NCBI RefSeq assembly: GCF_009914755.1
Contig: NC_060942.1
DNA length: 64,000 bases
DNA from: the human T2T-CHM13v2.0 reference genome, Homo sapiens
Direction: 5' to 3' (one strand)
This document shows, piece by piece, positions 15,210-27,399 of this stretch. The notes under the pieces are model-generated. The model did no database searches. It saw only the letters and a program-made list of their open reading frames with translations, and was not told the origin of the DNA. The position numbers were made by a program, and so were the translations under genes. The first letter of the stretch is position 1, and every line of letters begins with the position of its first letter.

Positions 15210-15779
15210 GTCATAATCTGCTGGGGCTACTGTAACAAAATACCATATGCTAGGTGGCTTTAACAACAGTTCTGGAGGCTGGATGTCCTAGATCAAGGTC
15301 TGGCAGAGTTGCTTTCCAGTGAGGGCTCTCTTCCTGGCTTGCAGACGGCCACCTTCTCGCTGCATCCTCCAGTGAGGGCTCTCTTCCTGGCTTGCAGACG
15401 GCCACCTTCTCGCTGCATCCTCCAGTGAGTGCTCTCTTCCTGGCTTGCAGACGGCCACCTTCTTGCTGCATCCTCCAGTGAGGGCTCTCTTCCTGGCTTG
15501 CAGACGGCCACCTTCTCGCTGCATCCTCCAGTGAGGGCTCTCTTCCTGGCTTGCAGATGGCCACCTTCTTGCTGCATCCTCACATGGCAGAGAAGAGAGC
15601 TGACACCTTCTGGCATCTCTTCTGATAAGGGCACTACTCCCATTGACATGGGGCCCACCCTCATAACATCATCTAACACGAACTGCCTCCCTCCCAAAGA
15701 CCCCACCTCCAAACACCCTCACATCAGGGCTTAGGGCTCCAGCATGTGAACTTTGGGGAGACAAGTTGAGTCCATAACA
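15210..15779 (-). mobile_element. MLT1A-type MaLR solo LTR carrying an internal VNTR
   Basis: 'tgtaacaaaataccata...ggtggctttaacaaca...gttctggaggctgga...cacatggcagaga...gcccaccctcataac...tccataaca'. Confidence 0.85.
15315..15579 (+). repeat. 53-bp tandem repeat, 5 copies
   Basis: Unit TCCAGTGAGGGCTCTCTTCCTGGCTTGCAGACGGCCACCTTCTCGCTGCATCC starting at 15315, 15368, 15421, 15474 and 15527. Confidence 0.97.
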
Positions 15780-17074
15780 CTGGTGATCAGCTCCACAAAG
15801 TATTGAATTTCATAGTTAGGTATTTTTCAAAATGAAACTGTATGAAAGCTGACAGAATGTATAGTGTTTACCTTTAAGAATAATTCCTTATCTGTATGAA
15901 ATAATTAAGAAAAGATGATAGGGAAGTTAAAGCCAATTTCTTCAAGTTCTATTTGTGATTACCTAATTTCATTAGGTTGGAAAAATATTGCATGTGTATT
16001 GAGGGAGTTTTCTGTGAAATGTTATTGAAATATCCTAACTTTTAATAAAACAAAGACCTATAGATTTTGTTAGGGGTTGGAAATGGGTATATTTTATTGG
16101 TTGGCACGAGATAACAAAAGCATTACTGACACTGTACTCCAGATGATTTGGTTCATGAAAATTATCTCCTTAAGAATATGTGTCACACTTCTCATGGTGG
16201 ATTTTGAGAGTCACAAATCAGGAAATAAGAGATAAATAATCCCATTCTACTTAAAATCCTGCTCACAGCAGAGGGGGTGGGGTGGAAAGGGAGAGGAGAG
16301 GGTAAATGTTGAGGAACTGACTCTCCTCTGAGGGACAGGAGCCTGGGCTGGAGCTGGCAATCACCTAAAGGACTTGAGCTCTGGTCCAGGGCTGCTGAGG
16401 CTGGCGTGGCTGGCACGATATTTATCCTCCCAGCATGATGCACAAGGCCAGCTTAACTCCCATATGTCTGGGGTCAACTCTCAGAGGCTAGGGGATTCCC
16501 TCGACCCTCTCCAGTGGAGGAGAAGAGAGAGGTTCGAGGCTGGAATAAGAGACCAGGGCCAGGGCCATGCCCATCCAGTGTCTGCATTCCATTTGTTCAC
16601 TCTTCCTCCTGCTGGTGGTCTGCAGCCAAGGGTTGACCCACTCAGGTCAGAGAATTGGGTTTGGCCAAGTGTAAATCAGGATTTGTTCCAGAAACAACTC
16701 TTCAAAGTAGTATGCTTCATCTTTTCATAATATACCAACATCACTTTAAAAAGTAATATGGTTCAAAAAAACCAAATTGAAAACAGAACCCTTTGCTCAG
16801 TGTTGCCAGGATTCCAGAAACGCTGTGCCATGGTGCCAGGCCATCTCTGTTTTGTGTGGGTCATACAACCCCAGCCCTCTGCACTCGTGGCTTGTTGATG
16901 GCATGCTCAGCACGTGTTTATTTGCGCATGGAATGATTCTCATGGAGCATGACAATGTCACGCGTAGATCACACAACTTGGGGGATTTCTAGATTTTTTA
17001 AAAAGTGTGTTTGGGCTGTTGCAACACCCAAAGGCTGCGAGCAGCAGGGGGTATTGGGAAAGCAGGAGTGCCTC

Positions 17075-17746
17075 AGGCATGGGCTGAATTCTGTCCCCCG
17101 AATTCCCAGGTTGAAGGCCTGACCCCCAGTACCTCAGAAGGCAGCTGTATTTGGAGATAAGGCTGTTAAAGTGGTGGGTAAGTTAAAGTGAAGCTGTTGG
17201 TAGGGGCCCATAGCCAGTCTGGCTGGTGTCCTTATGAGAAGGGAACTCTGGGCACACAGAGTCACCAAGGGCGGCACACAGAGGAAAGGCTATGTGCAGG
17301 TGCAGCTAGCGGGTGCCATCCACAAGCCAAGGAGAGAGGCTACAGGGAAACCAGCCCCACAGCACCACGAGCTTGGACTTTCAGCCTTCGGAACTGAGAA
17401 AATAAATTTGTTTGGGAGGCTGAGGCAGGTGGATTGTTTGAGTCCAGGAGTTCCAGACCAGCCTGGGCAACATGGTGAAACCCTGTCTCTAGAAAAAATG
17501 CAAAATACTAGCCAGGTGTGGTGGTGTGCATCTGTGGTCCCAGCTCCTCAGGAGGCTGAGAGGGGAGGATCATCTTAACCTGGGAGGTCAAGGCTACAGT
17601 GAGCTGAGGTTGCACCACTGCACTCAGACTGGTCGACAGAAAGAGACCCTGACTCGAATAAATAAATGAATAAATAAGTAGATTTCTGTTGTTTAAGCTG
17701 CCCAGTCTGTGCTATTTTATTATGGAAGAGCAAGCAGACTAAGACA
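17075..17746 (+). mobile_element. MLT1B-like MaLR solo LTR interrupted by an Alu
   Basis: 'gggctgaattctgtccccc...tatttggagataagg...cttggactttcagcct...gaactgagaaaataaattt' resumes after the Alu as 'atttctgttgtttaagc...gcagactaagaca'. Confidence 0.85.
17411..17677 (+). mobile_element. AluJ (slightly 5'-truncated) nested in MLT1 LTR
   Basis: AluJ diagnostics (ggattgtttgagtccaggag, ggaggatc, ggtcaaggctacagtgag, gagaccctg) and (AATA)n tail. Confidence 0.9.
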
Positions 17747-17962
17747 GCTAGTTTGCATGCTAGTACTTACAGAAGAGGGCAGAGACCTTAGCTGAGCCCA
17801 GTGAGTCCACAGAATCACAGAGCAACAGTGCTTAAGGACCTGGGGTATCACTTGCCTCAGTGCCCACATGGTGCAGTGAAGCCTGAAGGTATAAGCCCTG
17901 TGGAAGCCAGGACCTCGACTCAGGTCTCCAAACTCCCTCCCCAGGGTGCTCTTCATAACGAG

Positions 17963-18400
17963 GTGCACTGGGCTGAATAGGGTCCCCAGAAACACGCACA
18001 CCCAGAAGCTGTGCATGTAACCTAATTAGAAACAGGGTCTGCACACATGCAGTTGGGTTAAGAGGAGGTCATGCTGGATGAGGCTGGCCCTAAATCCAAT
18101 CATGGGGATGTCTTCCAAAAAGAGGTGCAGAGTGAAGGATGAGGACATGGGATTATAGAGGCAGAGATGGCAGGGATGCAGCCAGGAGCCAAGGAATGCC
18201 AGGGATCAGACCACTGGGGGTCCTGGACAGTGGAGGAAATGAGGAAGGGTCAACCCCAAAGCCTCTGGAGGGACCACAGCACTACTGACATGGGGAAGTC
18301 AGACTTCTGGCCTGCAGAACAAGGAGAGGATACATTCCTGTTGTTTTACGGCTCCCAGATTGTGGCACCTTGTTATGACAGCCTTAGGAAGCCAGGATAC
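17963..18400 (+). mobile_element. MLT1C/D-like MaLR solo LTR
   Basis: 'ggctgaatagggtcccc...ggccctaaatccaat...gaggcagagatggcagggatgcagcca...gccaaggaatgcc...gacttctggcctgcagaac...tgttatgacagccttaggaa'. Confidence 0.8.
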
Positions 18401-18897
18401 CTGGGAAATTCACAAATAATCAGAATTCGGCCTCACAGTGCCCGATGCCAAGCTCCAGGTAGAGCTGCAGCCCGATGGCTTGGTGGCCTCATCACGCCCA
18501 CACAACCCTGCCCGTGAGCTTGTTTCATCAGGTGGTTTGGATATAGGGGACACGGCTCCCACAGACACACTCCTTGTGTGCATTGATAAGTGACACCTGT
18601 GTGCCCGAGGGAAGTGACCTGAGTGGTCCCTCATAGTCCTCATTCCTTGAGCCCCAGCCCCCTTCAACCTTCCCAGTGCGACCTGACCTCCTTTCTGTCA
18701 GACAAGCCGGCTCCCCTCTCAAGTCATGCTCACAGCTCAGTGCAGTCATGCGACTTGGCCTCTGCATCAGAAGAACACAGCCCACCTTTGGCTCTGAGCT
18801 GGCCAAAGTGCTCGCCACCACAGCCTGGGAGGGTCCAGCTCTCGGCTGGCAGTGCCCGATGAGAGGCACAGCGTCTTTGCCCAGCTGTGCTGACAAC

Positions 18898-19713
18898 TGT
18901 GTCTTCCCTCCCAGGAGCAGCTTCTGGGAGGGGCAGATGTCGATGACTGTGTTCCCTCCCAGGGGCAGATGATGGAGGCTGTCTTCCCTCCCAGGAGCAG
19001 GTCTTGGTGGATGTCTTCCCTCCCAGAGGCAGATGCTGGTGGCTGTCTTCCCTCCCAGGGGCAGATGCTGGAGGCTGTCTTCCCTCCCAGGAGCAGGTCC
19101 TGGTGGATATCTTCCCTCCCAGGGGCAGATGCTGGAGGCTGTCTTCCCTCCCAGGAGCAGGTCCTGGTGGATATCTTCCCTCCCAGGGGCAGATGCTGGA
19201 GGCTGTCTTCCCTCCCAGGAGCAGGTCCTGGTGGATATCTTCCCTCCCAGGGGCAGATGCTGGTGGCTGTCTTCCCTCCCAGGGGCAGATGCTGGTGGCT
19301 GTCTTCCCTCCCAGGAGCAGGTCCTGGTAGCTGTCTTCCCTCCTAGGGGCAGATGCTGGTGGCTGTCTTCCCTCCCAGGAGCAGCTCCTGGAGGCTGTCT
19401 TCCCTCCCAGGGGCAGATGCTGGTGGCTGTCTTCCCTCCCAGGGGCAGATGCTGGTGGCTGTCTTCCCTCCCAGGGGCAGATGCTGGTGGCTGTCTTCCC
19501 TCCCAGGGGCAGATGCTGGTGGCTGTCTTCCCTCCCAGGGGCAGGTGCTGGTGGCTGTCTTCCCTCCCAGGGGCAGGTGCTGGTGGATGTCTTCTCTCCC
19601 AGGAACAGTTCCTGGAGGCTGTCTTCCCTCCCAGGGGCAGATGCAGATGCTGGTGGCTGGCTTTCTTCCCAGGGGCAGGTGCTGGTGGCTGTCTTCCCTC
19701 CCAGGAGCAGGTC
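18898..19713 (+). repeat. GC-rich minisatellite, 32-bp unit, about 25 copies
   Basis: Unit GTCTTCCCTCCCAGGGGCAGATGCTGGTGGCT, alternating with the variant ...CCCAGGAGCAGGTCCTGGTGGATAT. Confidence 0.97.
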
Positions 19714-19856
19714 CTTGTCTGTCTGCCTGCTCCGCCACCTCTAGTCTTGATTACCCCCATGATTCTGTAACCCACTGTCTTCTGGGAAGTTATCTTCTAT
19801 TTAAATTAGCTTGAGTTGATTTCTGAGGTTTGCAATGACAAATCCTGATGGAAACA
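19714..19856 (+). mobile_element. 3' end of an old MLT1 LTR abutting the VNTR
   Basis: 'ttaaattagcttgagttgatttctg...ttgcaatgacaaatcctgatggaaaca' resembles the MLT1 terminal motif. Confidence 0.55.
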
Positions 19857-20129
19857 AACTGGAAGCCTGGTTCTTCCTTTTTATTCTATTTCAGGCTGTC
19901 TGTGACTGGCATAGGGAAACAGGGCTGTTTAGGATATCTTGTTTTCCTTCCATGTGGAGCAGGGCTCTGATTTCCCTGAGTACAGTGGCATGGCTCAGGG
20001 ACAGCTTTTGAACATGTCTGCCCCGGTGCCAGTGATCTCAGTATCTCATTATTTATGCTGACATCATAACCCTACTCTTTAGTAACCCAAGTGCTTACTG
20101 ATTACTTTTATTAGCAATTCTCCGTGGTG

Positions 20130-20400
20130 GCACCATGAGAAGAGTGAGGAGCATGGTTCCCACCTCCCCCATCCAGGTAAGAAGCTGGGGAAAGGCCGGG
20201 TGGACATGGCCCCCACACCCTTGGAGGTGAAATGCTGACTAGGAGGGCTGCAAACCAGATGATGGCTGAGTGGCTCTGGGGGCTTCATCCAGCCTGTGGA
20301 CTGCCCCATCTGTCCCTTCCCAGACCTTTTCTGGTGCAAACACCATGATCTTGGCTGTGAGGTTTGCATCACTTTTCCTTGAGAATCCTGACTCAAGACA
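20130..20400 (+). mobile_element. Possible ERVL LTR fragment (LTR16/LTR33-like)
   Basis: Ends 'ttccttgagaatcctgactcaagaca', similar to LTR16/33 termini; heavily diverged. Confidence 0.35.
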
Positions 20401-23400
20401 GTGGCCTTCAATCTATTGTTATCCAGAGACTCTGTGGATCTACATTTCCAAAGAAAAGTCATGTTTAGAGGTGTAAAAAACGGAGCACTTGTTTATTTTT
20501 ATAAGGACAGCAACGTGGCCAGTTTAGGGTGCGCTTAACCAAGCCACTTATAATATTTTGCATGAAGAAAGAGTAATTAGAACAGCAAGTAACATCGCGG
20601 GAAATCCTAGATCACAGGGGATGCCAGAGGGTTCTTATGTCTATCAGCATTGATTTGAGGCTTGCGATGTGTCAAGGAGAAACAATGTCGTGTGGAAGCG
20701 CAACGAGGCAGAGTGCACGCTTATGGATTTCAAGCATGCCTGGATATTTGCCGTTGGAAATTTCTATTTGGGATGCCAAAGACATTGTGGGTAGCCGCTA
20801 TGTTGCAACGTGACCCCACACAGCCTCCCTTTTTGTCCTTGGCTTAGCCTACAAATGCCATTCCACTTATGAAAACAAAGAGGCTGGAATGTGAGGGGAG
20901 TCAAAGATAAAAGAGATTCTGCCAAGGAATGGAAATGAAAAAACACAAAAGCAAGCCCATTTGGTGCCTGATACGTTGGGTTACTTCCCAGCCAGCAGAA
21001 TCAGAAATCTTGAATTTGGTCCTGCTGCCTGGGGTGTGTATTCAGAGATGTCCTCCTCAATTGGCCATTTGGACTTAGACACAAGAGTAGAAGCAGCTCT
21101 AACGAACCATTCTCTGTATTTTTCCCAAAGACATTTTATATTTGAGCAGACACAAAAACACAAATTTGCAGTTTAATGTCAAACAATTAGAAGAATCTGT
21201 TTATGATAGATTCTAGAGCACAGGATTGCAAAACATGGGCACCCTCACTAAGCCCAGTGAAATAGAAATTCCAAACACAAGCAGAATTTGGCGTCTCAAC
21301 CCATCCTCAGAAATCTACGTAAACAAAGTTCTGCCCCATTACATTTTAGGGGGAATCTTTCATTTTTTTGGTGTACATTTATAGGTCGTTACAGAAAATA
21401 AACCAATAGTTACAAGATTATGAATGATTTGATGAAGATGCCTTCATATCAAGTCTTGTTCACCATAAATTGGCATATGAGATTCATTAAAAAGCTACAA
21501 TATGATTAATGAAGATGGTCACCAGGTACAACAGGAGGGAGAAGCGAAATATAAACCAGAAATACAATTTACAATTAAATTAGGAGGCAATATTAATCAA
21601 ATGGAAGAGGCAGCTAATTAGAAGAACAAGTATGAACTGAGTGTTCAGTTGCATTTTAGTGTCTGGTAGACTCTGAGCTGAAGACTGAAGCGGCTCTGGG
21701 AAGCAGCAGAACACAGATTATAATCGCCTTGAGGTCGTGGGTTGAATTTTTCTTGCCCTTTCATCCTTTTTTAAATATTTTTCCAGCTTTCCTTTGTTGT
21801 ACGTTAGATTTTAAAAGTATTTTTAGAATTGGAATTTTAGTCTGCATGGCCATTCTGGGTAAGTGTTTCTGGCTTTGATCTCCCTCTCTTGAACAAGAGT
21901 CCCATGGTGAATTTTGCCCATCCCAGCCCAGGCCAGGCTAGGGCATCTGCAGGAGTGATGCTGGGGCTTTGTTGATGAGCCACCCAGCGAGCCAAGAACC
22001 ACGGATCCTTTCGTTTCCTCATCAGCCTCCTTTTCCTTTGTTGTCCAGTCTTTGGGCAGATATATTACGGAAATGCAGCATAGAGTCTGAAGTTGTTTTG
22101 TTTTCTTCCAGTGTTTTTGCTGGCTGAGTGACCGATCCCGGCCCTAAGTCATGTGGCCCCTCATGCGTTGTTCTGTGCCTCCGTTCTCCTTGGGGACCGC
22201 CATCCTGGGTGCCTCTGCCTGCTCCTCAGCACCCAGCAGCATGCTGGCTCCATCGGGGCTCACGGAGCTGCATTTCTCTGGTGCGGGAGGAGCTGTATCT
22301 CTTCTCTGAGTCTTTATATAATCTCATGCACTCTCCTTCTGCTTCGGAGCAGGGCAGAACTCAAAATTAGAACTTACTGCTCTGACTTGACCATATTTTA
22401 GACACCATAAAAAATTAAACTAATTCTATAATATAAGCAATCAATGTTAGCAATTGGATACTTATGCTTTCTAAAAGTTGTCATGGGGATGAATGTCCCA
22501 ACCTTCCTTTCCCAACATTATTGAGAAGGGACATTTCAGAGCTTCTATTTCTTCCTTCAGTGATATTCTAGTAGAGGGTAGTTTTCCCCTGCCTAATTGA
22601 ATGCGTGGTCCAGAGTCATAGTCTTTGCCTTAGAATTCACAACTAAATGAACAGCGTGCTGTCGGAGACTTCAGGAGGGGCCTGATGCATCTAGCACGAG
22701 AAAGGTCATTCACATGAACTTAATGAATTCTGATATTCAAAACTGATATTAATGGCCTTTGATACTGCAAATGTGGAAGCTTATTACTTTTGATGATGAT
22801 TAAATTGATTGGAATTTGTAGCAATATATTTTATGTATATTCTTAAGTCAGAAAGAAACTAGGACTGATAGGCTATCTTGAAAAGCCATTGCTTGAATGG
22901 TAGTTTATTTGGAAATAAACAAAGAATAACACACTTGATATAGTAAATGGCTCTATAAAGCTTTTCATTTTTTGAAGTGCAATTCTTTTATGCTCAAGAG
23001 CCATTTTAGGATAGAAGTAGCTAAACATACACATTTAATACAATAATTACACGTCTCAGAACACTGATGGAGAAGGACAAGTAGACTTAAGAAAGTATCT
23101 GCTTCTATTAGCGATTTGGCGCCTTCATGGAGAGTCACCATCGTTAAATTCTTCACCCAAAGCCCGAGCCCTCCCCCGTCAGAGCTGCTCCATATTTCTC
23201 TCAGAAATGCACAGCACAGCCTCATTCTTTTCACATGTCTAATCACATGAGGAAAATGTCCACTTCAAAGAGGGAAAACAAAACAAACAAATTAAAAAAA
23301 AACACACTTTCTATTTGGCAAATGAGTCCCTCCATTTACATTCGGTTTCCAGTAAGAGGTAATTTCTAATCAGCCTGGCATGAAAACAAAGCAAAATACA

Positions 23401-23992
23401 TACATATAAAGCTTCAATAGTTTTAGGATGCTGGTTAGCTGAAATTTAAATAAACACGACCATTATAACTAATTCACGAAAAAGGACTGAAAGCAATTTG
23501 TGGCAGGGCTGTGTGGACAGCACGGTGTGATGCGATTAATTTGAACTGGGCAGGGTGTGGGGGGCAGGGCCAGCAGGGCCCTGGCGAGGCTGCCTGGGGA
23601 GGGTGGCACAGCTGTGCGGGGTGGGGTGGCTGGTGCTGGATGGCGGCTGCAGATGCAGGACCCATCTGCCTTTTATATACGTGCCTGATGGAGGCACACG
23701 CCATGGCTCTCCTCCCAGAAATGGCGCACAGGGCCTGTGCCAAAAGCAAGGGCCCAGGCACCTTCTGTGAGCCTAGCATGGCTGTGGGGTCAGAGCATCT
23801 TGTACTGGGATGTACCAGGAGCAAGCGGGGGGCAGGAGGCACCGAGAGCCACTGCCCAAAGTGTTTATTGGCACTGTAGTTTCTCATGAAAATCCTGCAC
23901 TTGTATACAGAGATTAAACAAATTACCAAAAAATGGATGGTGGATGGTGGAACCCAAGTTTCTCACTGTTGGAGGGGGTGGTTAGAGGAAAA

Positions 23993-24373
23993 GATAGATG
24001 ATTGATAGAAGATAGACAGATAGAGAATAGATAATTAATAGATATGCATGGTTGATACATGGAGTTAGATAATAGAGAAAGGTAGATGAAAGATAAACAG
24101 AGGCAAATGTACAGATAGAGGTAAATGTATAGACAGAGATAGAAATAGATAATATATAGGCAGACAGACAAAGAGATACATAGATAGATATAGATGATAG
24201 ATAATCAATACAGATAGATATGGATAGTTGATACATAGAGATAGATAATAGAGAAAGGTAGATGACAGATAAATAGAGGTAAATGTATAGATAGAGATAG
24301 AAATAGATGATATATAGACAGACAGAGAGATAGGTAGGTAGATAGAGATAGACTGATAGACCAATAGATAGAT

Positions 24374-24406
<33 letters not shown>

Positions 24407-24430
24407 GTAGATAGATAGATAGATGATAAT
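23993..24430 (+). repeat. Complex (GATA/TAGA)n microsatellite
   Basis: Degenerate GATA tract with a near-pure GATA block at about 24374-24425. Confidence 0.95.
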
Positions 24431-24499
24431 TAGAGATTGAGGCATGTACACAGGTAGGCTTACATGCACATATCACAATGTGAAGGAGAGGGGTAGATC

Positions 24500-24880
24500 C
24501 TGAAAAAACCATCAGACCAATTCCAGTTAAAGGCCATTCTACAAAATACGTGACTGGTATCTCTCAAAACTGTCAAGGCCATCAAGAACAAGGTAAGTCT
24601 GAGAAACTCTCACAGCAAAGAAGAGCTGAAGGAGCCACCACAACTAGGAATGAGGTGGTGTCCTTGGTGGGATCCCGGACCAGGAAGAGGCATTAGGGAA
24701 AACCTAATGAAATCCAGATAAAGGTGAGCGTAGCTGACACCACTGGCCCAGTGCCGCTTCCTCAGTTGTGGCAAACACACCCTCATAACCAGAGGCGCTG
24801 ACAACAGGAGGGTGGGGTGGAGGCTAGGCAGGTCCTCTTCCAACATTTTGGTAAATCTAAAGTTATCTTACAGTTAATGA
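24500..24880 (+). mobile_element. L1MC/L1MD-type 3'-UTR fragment
   Basis: 'cattctacaaaatacgtgactggtatctctcaaaactgtcaaggccatcaagaacaagg...ctgagaaactctcacag...gggatcccggaccagga...gtaaatctaaa'. Confidence 0.8.
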
Positions 24881-25126
24881 TGTAGTTAAATAGGACAAAA
24901 GTGAGGCTTTAAAGGAACCACCTGCCTCTGATTGGTCTTTGCTCTTTCTCCTGCCATGCCGTTCTCCTACCGGGTTCTACCTTGACCCTTTATTCCCATT
25001 TTAGGGTTGTGTGGAGTCTTCTATAGTAGTGGCTGGAATGCTGTGTGGCCTGAGGGGGTTCCTCCTTTTTGTCTCTGTCCCATAGAAAGGGTAGGCTGAT
25101 GCAGGCAGAGAGATTCTGTGTCTTCC

Positions 25127-25440
25127 CTGAATCCTGCTCCTGCTGGAAGGGAGTGCTTTCCAGAATGCCCGCCGAGCGCCTGGTCCAGGGGCTGCACATG
25201 GAGAGGAATTCTCCTACATGATCAGGGCCGAACTCTGCTCCTGCTGGAGGGGCAGCGCTTTCCAGAATGCCCACCGAGCGCCTGGTCCAGGGGCCGTGCA
25301 TGGAAAGGAATTCTCCTACATGATCAAGGCTGAATCCTGCTCCTGCTCCATGGAGGGGCAGCGTTTTCCTGAATGCCCACCAAACACCTGGTTCAGGGGC
25401 CGTGCACAGAGAGGAATGCTCCAACATGATCTAGGCTGAG
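25127..25440 (+). repeat. ~102-bp tandem repeat, 3 diverged copies
   Basis: Unit ctgaatcctgctcctgctgga...ttccagaatgccc(g/a)ccgagcgcctggtccagggg...ggaattctcctacatgatca, starting near 25127, 25229 and 25330. Confidence 0.92.
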
Positions 25441-27399
25441 TGCACCCCCCACTTCCTCCTGCTGCATCTCAAACCTTCTAAGGCAGCTCATGCATTAAGC
25501 ATTCCTTGTTGTCACACACCAGGGCATCTCGACATTTTAATTCTGCCTCAAACACCCCCAATTTATAATTCTCAGAGTTGTGTTTGAACTTTCTTTTCAT
25601 GTTGGCTTAGAACCCGTGTGTCTGGTCTTTGTAACTTTCTAGAAGATTTAGGAAACTGCAGTGTATTCTGAAAAGTCAGGGACATGAAACATTCTTAGTT
25701 GAAATAGAAGGGAAAACAGTTAATTTCACTCTGGATGACAGTTTTTCAGGGAACAATGGTCTCCGGGAGTTGACACGAGGCAGTAATGAGTGAGGGAGAG
25801 GAGAACTGAGTCACAGCTGCACGGGCAATCACCGGAGAACATCCACTCTCTTCCAGCCAGAATACCATTAATACGTGTGTCAGCGCGGAGTGAATCTCGC
25901 CGGGTGCACGCCGCGCTGAGTCCAGGAGAGAAAATGAAGAGCATCCTCGGGGACAGGCCTTTCTTTTTCTCCGGGAGTCTTCATTATTCAGGCATTGTGA
26001 TAGTTTTCCTTTATTTGTGTAAAGATTAAATTGCACATGATTTCTAATGTTTCTGCTACTCCAACTGTCATAGGTCGACGACCTTCATGCACGCGAGATA
26101 ATAGATACATCGTCTGCGGTTCCGGCCAGTGCTGTTCTCCACAGCTCAGTACTTCCCCATTGTTACAAGTCGAAAGCAATTAAATAAAAATACAAGACAA
26201 GGCACCTCAAGGATGTTGAGGGTTTCATATATATCTTTACGTGACCGCATTTTAGCACAATCCCACGCGATTATCTAGTGGAATGCTGAGAATCAGAAAT
26301 GATTCGTGGGGGAAGTGAGATGTTATTGAAGAAGACATTCCCTGGAAGAATCACAGCATTGGAGCCTGGTGGGCAAACTCCCCACGTCTGAAACTTTCCA
26401 TCAAGAGACTTCCGATGAACCCCACTGTATTGGTGGCATCTCTAGTTTGCTCAGCTTCCTCCTTGGCTACCCTATCCGCACATAAATTGAATGAATATTC
26501 AGGAAGCCCATCCTTGAAAAAAACAGAACAGAAAAATAATGGATAGTCCCACCTTTTCGGTGATTGTTCATAGGGTAGGGGTGTCTCTAATCATTGTTAT
26601 TTCAGAAGAAAGGCCCTGATGAATCACACATAGTTACCTGGGGAGTAGACTTCAAAGGTTACATTTTAAAAAGTACCTAACTCAGAAAAAATGGTAGTGC
26701 CATTACGGATAATAATCCCTTTTTGTTGAACCAAGAATTTTTCTGATGTCCCTGTCTTTTCCCGCTGCTAACACCTTCCCCTTCCCACCCTATGAGAGTG
26801 GAAAGAGATTCTTTCTATTGATTGATCACCTCCCTGGATGACCTTGAATCCAACTTTCCTCAAATCCCTGTCGGCTAATGCCAGCTGTCTCTCTCCAGCG
26901 GGGGTCACGTCCGCTCTCCAGAAGAGATTTCGGAAACATTCGACGTTCATAAAACTGCAGTCCTGCCCCTCCAGGACTCAGGATCCTCATGTCTGTTTCT
27001 GCTGTCATATGTAGGTTGGCGTCCAGACAAGATGCCCCTCCTCCACCACTGGCCTCCCCTGGGGCCCAGAGAGAAGGGGTGGCCCTGGGAGCCCTGCCTG
27101 GTCCAGGTCGCAGCGATTCTCCTCCAGCCCTGACAATGCCATGGGTGGCAGAGCAAAGGGACCTCGGAACCCCGCTTCTCCTCTAAGCTCGTGGACATCT
27201 GGAGCAGTGCCTGTCTGCAGTCCCTGGGGAGATGCAGCCCCAGGGCTCCAGGATTGGGGTGCTCCACGCCTCCTAGTCTCTGTCACACAAGCCATTCCCG
27301 CTACACATGTCCAGGACAGGACCTCCGAATACTCTGATCAAAGCAGCCCACCCTCCTTGCCCCTGTCAATAACTCACAGACGTACTCCCCAAACCTCCT

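Noticed and set aside
19033-19690. Repeated E. coli Chi octamer GCTGGTGG as a functional recombination signal
   Set aside because: Chi is read by bacterial RecBCD; in primate DNA it is only part of the minisatellite core.
18528-19814. 415-aa and other overlapping ORFs
   Set aside because: They arise from the stop-poor 32-bp GC-rich minisatellite and are open in most frames.
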